Assembly (NCBI GenBank): GCA_964351525.1
Contig: CAYGOD010000002.1
Span: 422,327 to 486,326, forward strand
Direction of reading: 5' to 3'
Source of the DNA: an uncultured Bdellovibrionales bacterium
Lineage (GTDB): Bacteria > Pseudomonadota > Alphaproteobacteria > Micavibrionales > GCA-2720935
Length of the DNA stretch: 64,000 nt
Shown here: piece after piece, positions 34,308 through 43,174 of the stretch
Numbering within the stretch: position 1 is the first letter of the stretch
Layout: every line of letters begins with the position of its first letter
Translations under genes and position numbers: made by a program
The notes under the pieces: model-generated
What the model was told of the DNA's origin: nothing
The model's database searches: none
Seen by the model: the letters and a program-made list of their open reading frames with translations, nothing else

Positions 34308-34934
34308 ATGGATAAGCAAAATACAATTGATGCGGTTAACGAAGACGCAACAGCAACAATGGAACAAATGGGCCGTCCTTTTTCCAAGGATGAGGTCTTA
34401 AACATCATTAATTCTGTTGTTGGTAAAATTGAGACCAACAAAACACATCCTATTTATAAAGATCTTAAGGCCTTGGCTGATTATATAGAAGAGTCGCGTC
34501 GTGAGATATCAAATCTTGCTCCTATTGCTATTGGGCAAGAACATATCCCTTCTGCCACCGACGAACTTGATGCTGTTGTTAAATCGACTGAGGAGGCAAC
34601 GGGTAAGATCATGGATAATTGTGAATTATTAGAAGTCACAGCCGAAAAAATAACAGATGAGGGTAATAAAGAGCGGGTGCTTGAGGCCGTTACAAATATT
34701 TATGAAGCATGTGGATTTCAAGATATTACGGGACAACGTATCGCAAAGGTTGTTAACACATTGCGCCATATTGAAACACAAGTGAATATGATCGTTGAGG
34801 CCGTTGGTTTGGAAGTCGGGGCCTCGGATGATCTAGAAAAAGACGGCGATGAGGCCTTGTTAAACGGGCCGCAAATGCAATCTCAAGCGATTAATCAAGA
34901 TGATATTGACGCGCTTTTGGCGAGTTTTGATTAG
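34308..34934 (+). CDS. cheZ: CheZ-type CheY-P phosphatase
   Basis: Catalytic motif GFQDITGQRIAKV (E. coli has FQDLTGQ) and a C-terminal CheY-binding-like peptide QDDIDALLASFD. Confidence 0.85.
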   Translation: MDKQNTIDAVNEDATATMEQMGRPFSKDEVLNIINSVVGKIETNKTHPIYKDLKALADYIEESRREISNLAPIAIGQEHIPSATDELDAVVKSTEEATGKIMDNCELLEVTAEKITDEGNKERVLEAVTNIYEACGFQDITGQRIAKVVNTLRHIETQVNMIVEAVGLEVGASDDLEKDGDEALLNGPQMQSQAINQDDIDALLASFD

Positions 34935-35038
34935 TCTTTTCTCTGATTATTCACAGAGAACATAAATATCCTTATTTTTTAGCGTGTTATGCTCTATTTC
35001 TTTTTGCTTTTTAGGGGCAAATAACATGAAATAGAGGG

Positions 35039-35719
35039 ATGAAACGTAACTCTGCCTCAACACAACTTTTATCGCTCGCGCTGTTTATCGTTATTCTGGC
35101 GTTTTTTATCGTGTTAAATACAATTTCTGATTATCGTGAAGACAAGGTTATCCCTGTTCTTGCCTCACTTGAGGCAGCGTTTGCGTCACAACTTATTTCG
35201 GCTAAGGGTTTGCCGTCCGAAACAGAGAATTTCGAAGATGTTGATTTATTCGCTGGCTCTGCGCTTGATGCGCTCGATGTATCATTCCGCAATGCTTTTG
35301 ATCTTATTTCGTCGAAACGCATCGATGGCGGGCGCGGTCTTGAAATCGTATTGGATAAAAAGACCTTTCAAAACGCGATGGAGCAAGCCAATAATACTGC
35401 CTTTCAAAGCTTAATGGAAAAGATGTTTGATATATCACGGGAGAATGCGTTTCTTATGCATGTTGTTGGACGCGCTAAAAACCCTTATGACGCCCCCGCA
35501 GACGAGGTGTCATCAATTGGTTTTTACATGATGAATGCTGGTTTTTCACCCTCTTTTTTAACGCTGTCGATGGAACACGGTGATCCCGCTAGTTTGGCAT
35601 TTCGTTTTTTGCGTGATAAGCGTCTTATTGTTATGCCTAGTCAGGTGAGTGACGATAAAAAACGGGATGAAAAGAAGCCAAATGAAGTGCCCAATGAAGT
35701 AAAGGGTGGGCAAGAATAA
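35039..35719 (+). CDS. MotB-like single-TM protein lacking the conserved Asp and lacking OmpA-type PG-binding residues
   Basis: 226 aa. The N-terminal TM STQLLSLALFIVILAFFIVL resembles the MotB TM, but Q replaces the proton-relay D. The periplasmic part has MotB/OmpA-like topology only. Confidence 0.4.
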   Translation: MKRNSASTQLLSLALFIVILAFFIVLNTISDYREDKVIPVLASLEAAFASQLISAKGLPSETENFEDVDLFAGSALDALDVSFRNAFDLISSKRIDGGRGLEIVLDKKTFQNAMEQANNTAFQSLMEKMFDISRENAFLMHVVGRAKNPYDAPADEVSSIGFYMMNAGFSPSFLTLSMEHGDPASLAFRFLRDKRLIVMPSQVSDDKKRDEKKPNEVPNEVKGGQE

Positions 35720-36399
35720 TGTCATCATCTCTTAGCGATCATTTTAATACAACCGATTTGCCGCCCGCAAATACTAAAAAAATTGAACGACAGGCAACGT
35801 GGCTTATATCATTCACGGATGTGATTAGTCTGATGTTGGCGTTCTTTGTTTTGTTGTTTTCTATGAAACAACCAGACCAAGATAATTGGACAAAAGTACT
35901 GTCAACGTTAGACGGCGAAGCAAAACAATTTTATGGGATGCCTTTTGTTGCGGGCAATGCCGATCAAAATAATATTTCATCGATTAAAAAGAATAAAGAA
36001 TTCGCGTTGAACTATATCGAAGCATTAATTAAGCATTATATAGAATCCGCAGGAACATTATCCACGGTTGATATGGTGCGTTATGAAGATTTTATCATTA
36101 TGTCAGTCCCCTTGTTCGATGCTAGCTATAAACAAGAAGCTCAGAGCTTAGCGCGCGCCTTGGGACGCATTGATAATAAAATTGATATGGTTGTTTATGC
36201 ACAAAAACCATCAGAATTAACACAAGCGCTTGCTAAAGCGCAGGGCTTTGGTAAGATTCTAACTGAGGCTGGTTATAATAAAGATATTACGTTGTTGAGC
36301 CAAACGCATGAAGATGCGGATGAACTAAAACGTACAATTAATTTTAAGGGTGCTGATATGATTTTGCGTATGACCATCCATAATGGCGATAAAAAGTAA
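35719..36399 (+). CDS. MotB-like stator protein candidate (Asp-containing TM; degenerate OmpA-like domain)
   Basis: 226 aa. WLISFTDVISLMLAFFVLLFS matches the MotB plug/TM with the conserved Asp (aa 34). In the C-terminus, YAQKPS…ELTQALAKAQGFGKILTEAGY stands where GHTD…NxxLSxxRA is expected. The start overlaps the previous stop (TAATG). Confidence 0.5.
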   Translation: MSSSLSDHFNTTDLPPANTKKIERQATWLISFTDVISLMLAFFVLLFSMKQPDQDNWTKVLSTLDGEAKQFYGMPFVAGNADQNNISSIKKNKEFALNYIEALIKHYIESAGTLSTVDMVRYEDFIIMSVPLFDASYKQEAQSLARALGRIDNKIDMVVYAQKPSELTQALAKAQGFGKILTEAGYNKDITLLSQTHEDADELKRTINFKGADMILRMTIHNGDKK

Positions 36400-36407
36400 A
36401 AAGATAG

Positions 36408-39400
36408 ATGATAAAACATAAAAAACAGATAATAAAAAGGCGCGTTTTAACGTCTTTGTTTGTGGCGGGTCTTTGTGGCGGTCTGTTTTTTATCATGCCT
36501 GATGAAATAAAAATATCACCAGCAATGGCACAAGAACGCGGACAGATTAAGATTATTGATTTGTCAAAACCGACATCTAGAAACACCTCAAAGAACCCCG
36601 TTCGTTCATCATCTTCAATATCTACGGTTGCTAAAACGGCGATTAATGTGCGGACAGCCCATCATCCTAGTTATGATCGTATTGTTTTTGATTGGGGGAG
36701 GCGTACTGCTGTTATGCGCTCTGATGATAAAACAACAGCGGGCGATAATCGTGTACGTCTGAAATTTGATTATCCAGGGTCGTTGCCTGCATCAGTTACA
36801 AACAAAGAAAATTTACCGCGTGTGAAAAGCTTAAAGATTTTAAACACCAATCCCTTAGAGATTGAAATGGTCTTAAATAATGCTTATATGAAACGCTCTG
36901 AATTGGGGTCTCGTATTGTTTTTGATTTTTATGACATTGAACAGGCTGTGCCTAATGCAGGGCGTTCTGTGACAGACACAGCGTCACCTATTGAACAGCC
37001 TACCCTTGAAAAAAAGCAGTCGGCCACAAGAGATAAGTCAGGCGCACAAATTCTCATTGTGCGCGGTAATAAGGCAGCAGAGCCAGCGCCTATGTTGAAA
37101 GCAGATAATGTATCAAATGCGAACGAAGGACCGCTGGTGAAAGCCCAGATAGATGAAGCGGTTAATGACGATGAAGTTAATGATGATGCAGATATATCAG
37201 CGCCATCTCTATCGAATGTTTTAGAAAAGAGACAGGTCGGTTTTGAACGCACATCAAGGGCGGTACCGCAACCGAATGTATCGCTTGATGATATTGCGAT
37301 GAATGATGAAAATTTATCACCGCGTGAGCGTGCTGTTCAAAATGCTATTCGCAAGGCAGGTCAAGATATTATTGGCTTTAATCAATCTCGTTTGAAGGTG
37401 GGGGATAGTGTCTCTATTTCTTCTTTGAAGCCATTAAAGCTAGCTGTTTTTAGACGGGGAAACATTTTATGGATTGTACAATCAGATAAGCGAAAATCGG
37501 TACCGCCTGTTGTTAATAGCGCACAGCAAATTAACGTTAATCCGTTAGACGATCAAAGCGGTAACGCGCAGGCATGGCGTTTTCCAATTGATGAAGCCGC
37601 GCATTTCAATGTGGTGAATAATGAATTCTCATGGGATGTTCAGGTGACAGACAGCTATGTCCAAGATCCCTCCCTTGATATCCGTTCGGAAAAAATCGAT
37701 TATCGCGGGCAGGAAACATATGCCCTGATCATGAATGTTGAGCGTCCATCAACGGTGCTTTCATTTAGTGATCCTGTATTGGGGGATAAGATATTTGCCA
37801 TACCGTTGCATCAAGATCGTTTGAAGGTCAACATTGCCCAAACCCTGCCTGAGTTTTCATTTATCCCCGCGGATGTTGGTGTTGTGGTGAAACCACAAAC
37901 GCAAACATTAGAGCTGTTTTTTGAAAATACGGACCTATTTATCACTAATCGTGAGGGGCTAATGGTATCAGATGCCTTAGCCTCATCTTCTATGAGCTTT
38001 TCTAAGAAAAATAAAGGTGATAACAAAAGCCAAGCACGCTTATTTGATTTAGAAAACTGGTTTGTGACAACGCCGCAAGATTTCCAAGACCATCGCCGTG
38101 TCTTTGAAAATCAAGCCGCTGTAACATCGGATCAGAATGAGCGTATTCGTAATATAATTGATTTGGCCAAGCTGTATTTCGTTAATGGGTTTGGGTCAGA
38201 GGCTGCTGGTTTAATGCGTATGGCAAAACAAGATGATAAGCGTCTTGTCGATAATATAACATTTTTGGCACTTGAGGGGGCAGCTCTGTCATTAGCTGAT
38301 CAATATGATAAGGCAGCAATATTACTTGAAGATGGTCGTATCTTTGATCAACCAGAAATCGCCCTTTGGCGTGGTTATTCTAACGCTCGCCAAGGAAAGT
38401 GGAGAAAAGCCTATGATGATTTTGCCGCTACGGGTAATTTGGTCATGGAATATCCAGATACCTTAAAACCACGTCTTTTAAAAATGATGGCAGAGGCCGC
38501 ATTAAATGTTCAAGATGTTATCAATGCCGAGAACTTAATCAATGTGTTCGATGGTCTTGATAACGCAACTAGAAAAGATGACTCTGCGACACAATTCTTT
38601 AAGGGTAAATTGGCTTATTTAAACAAAGACTATGATAAGGCGAAGCCATATTTACAGGCGGCATCTAACGGCTCTGATCGTTATTACCGCGCAAAGGCGG
38701 CTTTTGAGTTCTTAAAGCTTCAAGAACAAACGGATTCAATTACAACCGAAGAAGCGACCGAAATTTTGGAACGTTTGCGTTATATATGGCGCGGTGATGA
38801 TTTTGAAATTAACGTGACAGAGCATTTGGGCGATTTCTATATTGATAAGGGTCAATATCGTGAGGGTCTTAATACACTGCGTTCCATTATTCCTTTGTTG
38901 GAAAATGATCAAGAAAAAACTGAAGAAATAACACAAAAACTAACCCAAACATTTGGGGCATTGTTTATCGAAGATCGCGCGGATAAGAAATTACCGCCGT
39001 TAACGGCCTTGGCCCTTTATAATGAATTTAGTGAGCTAACGCCAAGCGGTGCAGACGGTGATCGCGCCATTCAGAATTTGGCGGAACGTATGGTTGATGT
39101 TGATCTCCTTGACCGTGCCGCATCCTTACTTGAACACCAAATTAAATTCCGTTTAGAGGGTGAAGAAAAGCAACGTGTTGCAACACGTTTGGCGGCTATT
39201 CGTCTGATCGATAGTTCACCAACGGCAGCAATCGAAGCGCTGGATCGTTTGGAAGGTGAAATCTTGCCAGATGATCTCAAAGAACAAGGTTTGCTTTTAC
39301 GTGCGCGCGCCTTGTCACAATTGGGACGCCCTGATGATGCTATTAAAATTTTATCTGGACTGAACAGCGAAGATGCACATCGTTTGAATATCGACACAAA

Positions 39401-39812
39401 TTGGCGTGCTAGCAGATGGATGGATGCCGCGCGCGCGATTGATCCTTTGTTGGACTATACACTCGATAAAGAAGATCTTGTTTCCGATGGGGGACAGGTC
39501 GTGCGCCTTACGCCAGAAGCCTCTGATCTTGTGTTGAACAAGGCTGTGGCTTTCGTTTTAGCGGGCGAACAAGGCGAGGTTCGCGAATTATTCCGCACCT
39601 ATGGTTTAGCAATGCAAGGTACGCGCAATGCAGACTTATTCACGCTTATTACCCGCGCGCCCAAGCCGGGTGAATTGGCAGATCTTTCAACACTACAATC
39701 GCATGTATCAGAAGTTGATATGTTCAATAGTTTCTTAGAGGCCTATCGACGACCTCCATTGACTGAGAACGCTCCAGAGGCCGAACCGACCGACGATATT
39801 CAGGGTGGATAA
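36408..39812 (+). CDS. Large exported AMIN-like + TPR repeat protein
   Basis: 1134 aa with a signal peptide/anchor (…FFIMPDEIKISPAMA-QE). An N-terminal region carries two RIVFDW / RIVFDFYD beta-motifs typical of AMIN domains, and the C-terminal half has many TPR-like helices. Confidence 0.5.
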   Translation: MIKHKKQIIKRRVLTSLFVAGLCGGLFFIMPDEIKISPAMAQERGQIKIIDLSKPTSRNTSKNPVRSSSSISTVAKTAINVRTAHHPSYDRIVFDWGRRTAVMRSDDKTTAGDNRVRLKFDYPGSLPASVTNKENLPRVKSLKILNTNPLEIEMVLNNAYMKRSELGSRIVFDFYDIEQAVPNAGRSVTDTASPIEQPTLEKKQSATRDKSGAQILIVRGNKAAEPAPMLKADNVSNANEGPLVKAQIDEAVNDDEVNDDADISAPSLSNVLEKRQVGFERTSRAVPQPNVSLDDIAMNDENLSPRERAVQNAIRKAGQDIIGFNQSRLKVGDSVSISSLKPLKLAVFRRGNILWIVQSDKRKSVPPVVNSAQQINVNPLDDQSGNAQAWRFPIDEAAHFNVVNNEFSWDVQVTDSYVQDPSLDIRSEKIDYRGQETYALIMNVERPSTVLSFSDPVLGDKIFAIPLHQDRLKVNIAQTLPEFSFIPADVGVVVKPQTQTLELFFENTDLFITNREGLMVSDALASSSMSFSKKNKGDNKSQARLFDLENWFVTTPQDFQDHRRVFENQAAVTSDQNERIRNIIDLAKLYFVNGFGSEAAGLMRMAKQDDKRLVDNITFLALEGAALSLADQYDKAAILLEDGRIFDQPEIALWRGYSNARQGKWRKAYDDFAATGNLVMEYPDTLKPRLLKMMAEAALNVQDVINAENLINVFDGLDNATRKDDSATQFFKGKLAYLNKDYDKAKPYLQAASNGSDRYYRAKAAFEFLKLQEQTDSITTEEATEILERLRYIWRGDDFEINVTEHLGDFYIDKGQYREGLNTLRSIIPLLENDQEKTEEITQKLTQTFGALFIEDRADKKLPPLTALALYNEFSELTPSGADGDRAIQNLAERMVDVDLLDRAASLLEHQIKFRLEGEEKQRVATRLAAIRLIDSSPTAAIEALDRLEGEILPDDLKEQGLLLRARALSQLGRPDDAIKILSGLNSEDAHRLNIDTNWRASRWMDAARAIDPLLDYTLDKEDLVSDGGQVVRLTPEASDLVLNKAVAFVLAGEQGEVRELFRTYGLAMQGTRNADLFTLITRAPKPGELADLSTLQSHVSEVDMFNSFLEAYRRPPLTENAPEAEPTDDIQGG

Positions 39813-39859
39813 TTCTAGTTTTATCTATGCGTATCATCTTTTTATAAAGAAGCCTTAAT

Positions 39860-40599
39860 TTGTCTATATTCCTCATTCTTGGCGTGGTTTTTCTTGTCGC
39901 ATCCTTGGTCCAATCTGCAATCGGATTTGGGTTTGGGTTGTTAGCGATTACTCCTGCCTTGCTTTTGTTCGAGCCTGTTCTCGCGGTACAGATTGTCATC
40001 TTAGGAAATCTATTTATGGCGTTATTAATGTCTCCTCTATTAAGAAAAAGCATACCAAAAAACGATTATTTAGGTTGTGTGCGGGTAGTCTTTTAGGCTT
40101 TCCTCTTGGCATATTCGCTGTGCAACATCTTGATGTGAATATGTTGAAAATTTCGGTTGCTGCTCTTATTTTATTAACAACAGTGCATATGATTTTCTAT
40201 AATGGTGAGCCAAAAGAAAAGGCCGTGAAAAATCAAAAAATACACGGTACGAATTATATCATTGGTTTAATCTCCGGTGCGTTAATGAGCGGTCTGTCAA
40301 CACCAGGTCCCGTTATTATGCTGTACTTATCTAAGCTGCGTTTAAATAAAGACGAGGTTAGGGCGACTATTTTGGGGTTCTATGCATTGGCTTATGCGGG
40401 GGCTGCATTAACGCAATATATAATGGTGGGGTTTTCAAGCCAGCTTTATGATCTCATCTGGTCTATGATCCCGTTTATTATTCTTGGTGTTGTGATAGGT
40501 CATTTGGTTGCCAAACATATCAAGCAAAACATGTTTCGCATGATAGTTCTGACAGTTCTAATCGTCTCATCTGTTTATACAATTTGGGTAACGGTCTAG
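39860..40599 (+). pseudogene. TSUP/TauE-SafE family anion exporter interrupted by a frameshift
   Basis: ORFs 39860-40096 and 40075-40599 are in different frames and together form one 4+4 TM TauE-like protein. The frame switch maps to A-runs at about 40045-40062. Confidence 0.7.
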
Positions 40600-40601
40600 C
40601 G

Positions 40602-41453
40602 TTATTGATTAAAGCTCTCAATCAAGCTACCGGCAATAAGATACCAGCCATCGACCAGAACGAAGAAGATGATTTTGAACGGGAGTGAGATCATTACGGG
40701 GGGCAACATCATCATACCCATCGACATCAAAATTGAGGCCGTGACAAGGTCAATAATAAGAAATGGCATAAAGATCATAAAGCCAATTTCAAAGGCGCGC
40801 CGTAATTCAGAAATCATGAAGGCAGGAATAAGAACGCGGATTGGTGTTGCTTCTGGGCTATCAACAACCTCGATTTCCGCGGCATTAAAAAACAGTTCAA
40901 GATCGGATTCACGTGTGTTTTTTAACATGAAGGCATGGAATGGTTCCATGCCGCGCTCAAAGGCTTCCATCTCTGTTATTTCTTCATTTATTAGCGGTAA
41001 AAATGCAGCGTCATAGGCCTGTGTTAGAACGGGTTGCATGATGAAAAGTGTTAGGAATAATGCCAAAGAAATCATCACTGTGTTCGGCGGTGTCTGCTGT
41101 AAACCCATTGCCGTTCTTAAGAATGACAAGACCACGACAATACGGGTAAAAGAGGTCATCATAATGAGGATTGAGGGTGCAAGGGATAGGACACTCAAGA
41201 GTAAAATCATTTGAATGATACGCCCTGATGTCGTCCCCGCACTTTCTGTACCAGCAGCCGCGCCAAGGTCAAGGGTAAGGCTCTGTGCAAATGCATCGGG
41301 GCCAAAACCAGCGATTAAACCGATAAACGCAGCTAAAGACGTCAGGGCAAATAAGCCCGATTTCCATGATGTTAAAAAACGAACGATTTTAGATGGCTCG
41401 TTAGGTGTTCTTGTCGTGGTTGCGACTGTGTTTAAAGTGTCTGTCTGCGTCAT
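40602..41453 (-). CDS. fliP: FliP, export apparatus protein
   Basis: …MTSFTRIVVVLSFLRTAMGLQQTPPNTVMISLALFLTLFIMQPV… is a hallmark FliP sequence. Confidence 0.95.
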   Translation of the reverse strand: MTQTDTLNTVATTTRTPNEPSKIVRFLTSWKSGLFALTSLAAFIGLIAGFGPDAFAQSLTLDLGAAAGTESAGTTSGRIIQMILLLSVLSLAPSILIMMTSFTRIVVVLSFLRTAMGLQQTPPNTVMISLALFLTLFIMQPVLTQAYDAAFLPLINEEITEMEAFERGMEPFHAFMLKNTRESDLELFFNAAEIEVVDSPEATPIRVLIPAFMISELRRAFEIGFMIFMPFLIIDLVTASILMSMGMMMLPPVMISLPFKIIFFVLVDGWYLIAGSLIESFNQ

Positions 41454-41495
41454 TTATAGGGCTCTTTATTTATATGTGATTGTTATAGGGTAGCT

Positions 41496-41789
41496 TTATT
41501 TTTCAATCACGTCTGCTTTTTTCTTCGTTATTTGTGTACTGGATATTAATAAGTCTTGTCCGCCGCCCGTTAGGATAAGATGTTCATCCACGCCATTTTG
41601 CACGCGCATTAAACGACGTTTCCCATCAACAGCTTTGGTTTCAAGAATGCTGATCTGCTTATCATCTTTGGCTAAACCATGATGGGCATTTGCAATGCCA
41701 AATCGTTTAATCAGGAGTAAAACAAAATATAATCCAGCCAAAACAACGACTAAAGAGATAATAAAGCGTGAATAATCGAGTGATTCCAT
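41496..41789 (-). CDS. fliO: FliO-like protein
   Basis: 97 aa with a single TM. It lies immediately upstream of fliP. Confidence 0.7.
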   Translation of the reverse strand: MESLDYSRFIISLVVVLAGLYFVLLLIKRFGIANAHHGLAKDDKQISILETKAVDGKRRLMRVQNGVDEHLILTGGGQDLLISSTQITKKKADVIEK

Positions 41790-41818
41790 GGTTTTAAAGT
41801 GCCTATATGACGTTCTTG

Positions 41819-42121
41819 TTATGATTGTTTAATGTTATTTTGAATGGCGCGCGCCAAACGATCAAGCGTTATAATCATCTTTTTTAAAAGCGGTTCAAAA
41901 TTCCGGGCTTCTTTACCGGGCAATGATTGTACTTTTTCGCAAAGACGTGTGATTTTCTCATCCAGCCCGATCATCGAAACATCATCACCGCCAAGGCTCT
42001 CGGTTGTCTTGTTTTCCAACGTTTCCACCATCATAGCAATCTCTTTGGTTAATAAAGCCAAGAGAGTAGGATCAGCATGTTGTGTCATCTTTTGCGTCCT
42101 TTTCTGGTGCGGATTTTTCAT
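41819..42121 (-). CDS. Small helical hypothetical protein in the fliOP unit (start uncertain)
   Basis: 100-aa ORF. It overlaps the upstream ORF's end unless a later Met (42088 or about 42034) is the true start. Confidence 0.4.
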   Translation of the reverse strand: MKNPHQKRTQKMTQHADPTLLALLTKEIAMMVETLENKTTESLGGDDVSMIGLDEKITRLCEKVQSLPGKEARNFEPLLKKMIITLDRLARAIQNNIKQS

Positions 42122-42524
42122 TTTTCTCTTTCTCTATTGCTGCTTTTTTAGCATATTCTTTGAGCAGAGAGAAATCAGGTTTATAGCTTTTTGGTAATGT
42201 GCCATTAGCTTTGTAAACTTGGATCAAAATTTCTGCAACGGCCACGATGGCTTCTGTTGGAATCTCATTGTCTAGTTCTACAAGTGATAGGATTTCGGCT
42301 AGATCGGCGTCTTTTCTAACTTTTACACCTTGGGCAAAGGCCATTTCTAATATTTTTTCAGCCACCGCGCCGTGCCCGCTGGCTGTTATGATCGGCAGTT
42401 CATTGGTATTATCACGATCATTCTTAAGGGCAATCGCGACTTTTTTCTTATTTTTATCGTCAATCTTATCATCACCAAGGGGGCTGATAATCTGATCAAT
42501 TTGGGAGTTGTCGCTTTTTTTCAT
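42072..42524 (-). CDS. FlhB C-terminal-domain-like protein (EscU/YscU/FhlB family); start taken at MKKSDN
   Basis: ITASGHGAVAEKILEMAFAQGVKVRKDADLAEILSLVELDNEIPTEAIVAVAEILIQVY resembles the stand-alone FlhB-C paralogues. Confidence 0.65.
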   Translation of the reverse strand: MKKSDNSQIDQIISPLGDDKIDDKNKKKVAIALKNDRDNTNELPIITASGHGAVAEKILEMAFAQGVKVRKDADLAEILSLVELDNEIPTEAIVAVAEILIQVYKANGTLPKSYKPDFSLLKEYAKKAAIEKEKNEKSAPEKDAKDDTTC

Positions 42525-42653
42525 GATTGGCACGTTTTTCGCAAGTCTATACCGTAGGAAGTGATTTGTTCGTGTGAGAATAGCAAGTTTTTCCGCTTTT
42601 GGCGAAAAATAAAGATAAATCAGCGTCAAAAACTGTTAAAATAATTAAAAATA

Positions 42654-42666
42654 GGCAAAAAATGCC
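42654..42666. promoter_or_regulatory. Dyad GGCAAAAAATGCC 26 bp upstream of flgB
   Basis: The 13-mer is identical to 30636-30648 and has similar A/T flanks. Confidence 0.4.
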
Positions 42667-42691
42667 TTATTTACGCATATGGTGAGATAAA

Positions 42692-43129
42692 ATGAGTTTA
42701 GAAAATATTGGATTATTTAAGGTAATGGGCGAAAAAATGAACTGGCTTGGTCAACGCCAAGTCGTCATTGCTGGTAATATTACAAATGCTGATACACCTG
42801 GCGCTAAGCCACAAGACTTACAAGCTTTTAGTTTTAAGCGCGCCCTACAAGGTGGCGGCACATTAAAACAGCCCTCTGGTGCAGGCAAGAAATCATTAGT
42901 TGCCCAAACCGCTCCTAATCATATTCAAAGTCAAACATCTGGTAATGGCATGGCGCGCGAGATCAAGCAAAAGACTGTTTATGAAACAGCACCTGCGGGT
43001 AATGCGGTTATTGTTGAAGAACAACTTATGAAGGCCAGTAAAACAGCAATGGATTATCAAGCAACAGCGAATTTATATAAGAAGCATGTTAATTTAATTA
43101 TGTTGTCATTAGGCCGTAATGGCGGATAA
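42692..43129 (+). CDS. flgB: FlgB, proximal rod protein
   Basis: 145 aa. …RQVVIAGNITNADTPGAKPQD… is FlgB-type. It lies upstream of flgC. Confidence 0.9.
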   Translation: MSLENIGLFKVMGEKMNWLGQRQVVIAGNITNADTPGAKPQDLQAFSFKRALQGGGTLKQPSGAGKKSLVAQTAPNHIQSQTSGNGMAREIKQKTVYETAPAGNAVIVEEQLMKASKTAMDYQATANLYKKHVNLIMLSLGRNGG

Positions 43130-43174
43130 TATAAAGATAATATAAATAAGAATTTATTGGGAAGGAGATAGACG

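Noticed and set aside
35039-36399. MotB-like pair considered as part of a Zorya-type (ZorA/ZorB) anti-phage system.
   Set aside because: There is no adjacent MotA/ZorA-like gene with a long cytoplasmic tail and no ZorC/D-like genes. The pair is embedded in a co-directional flagellar/chemotaxis gene string.
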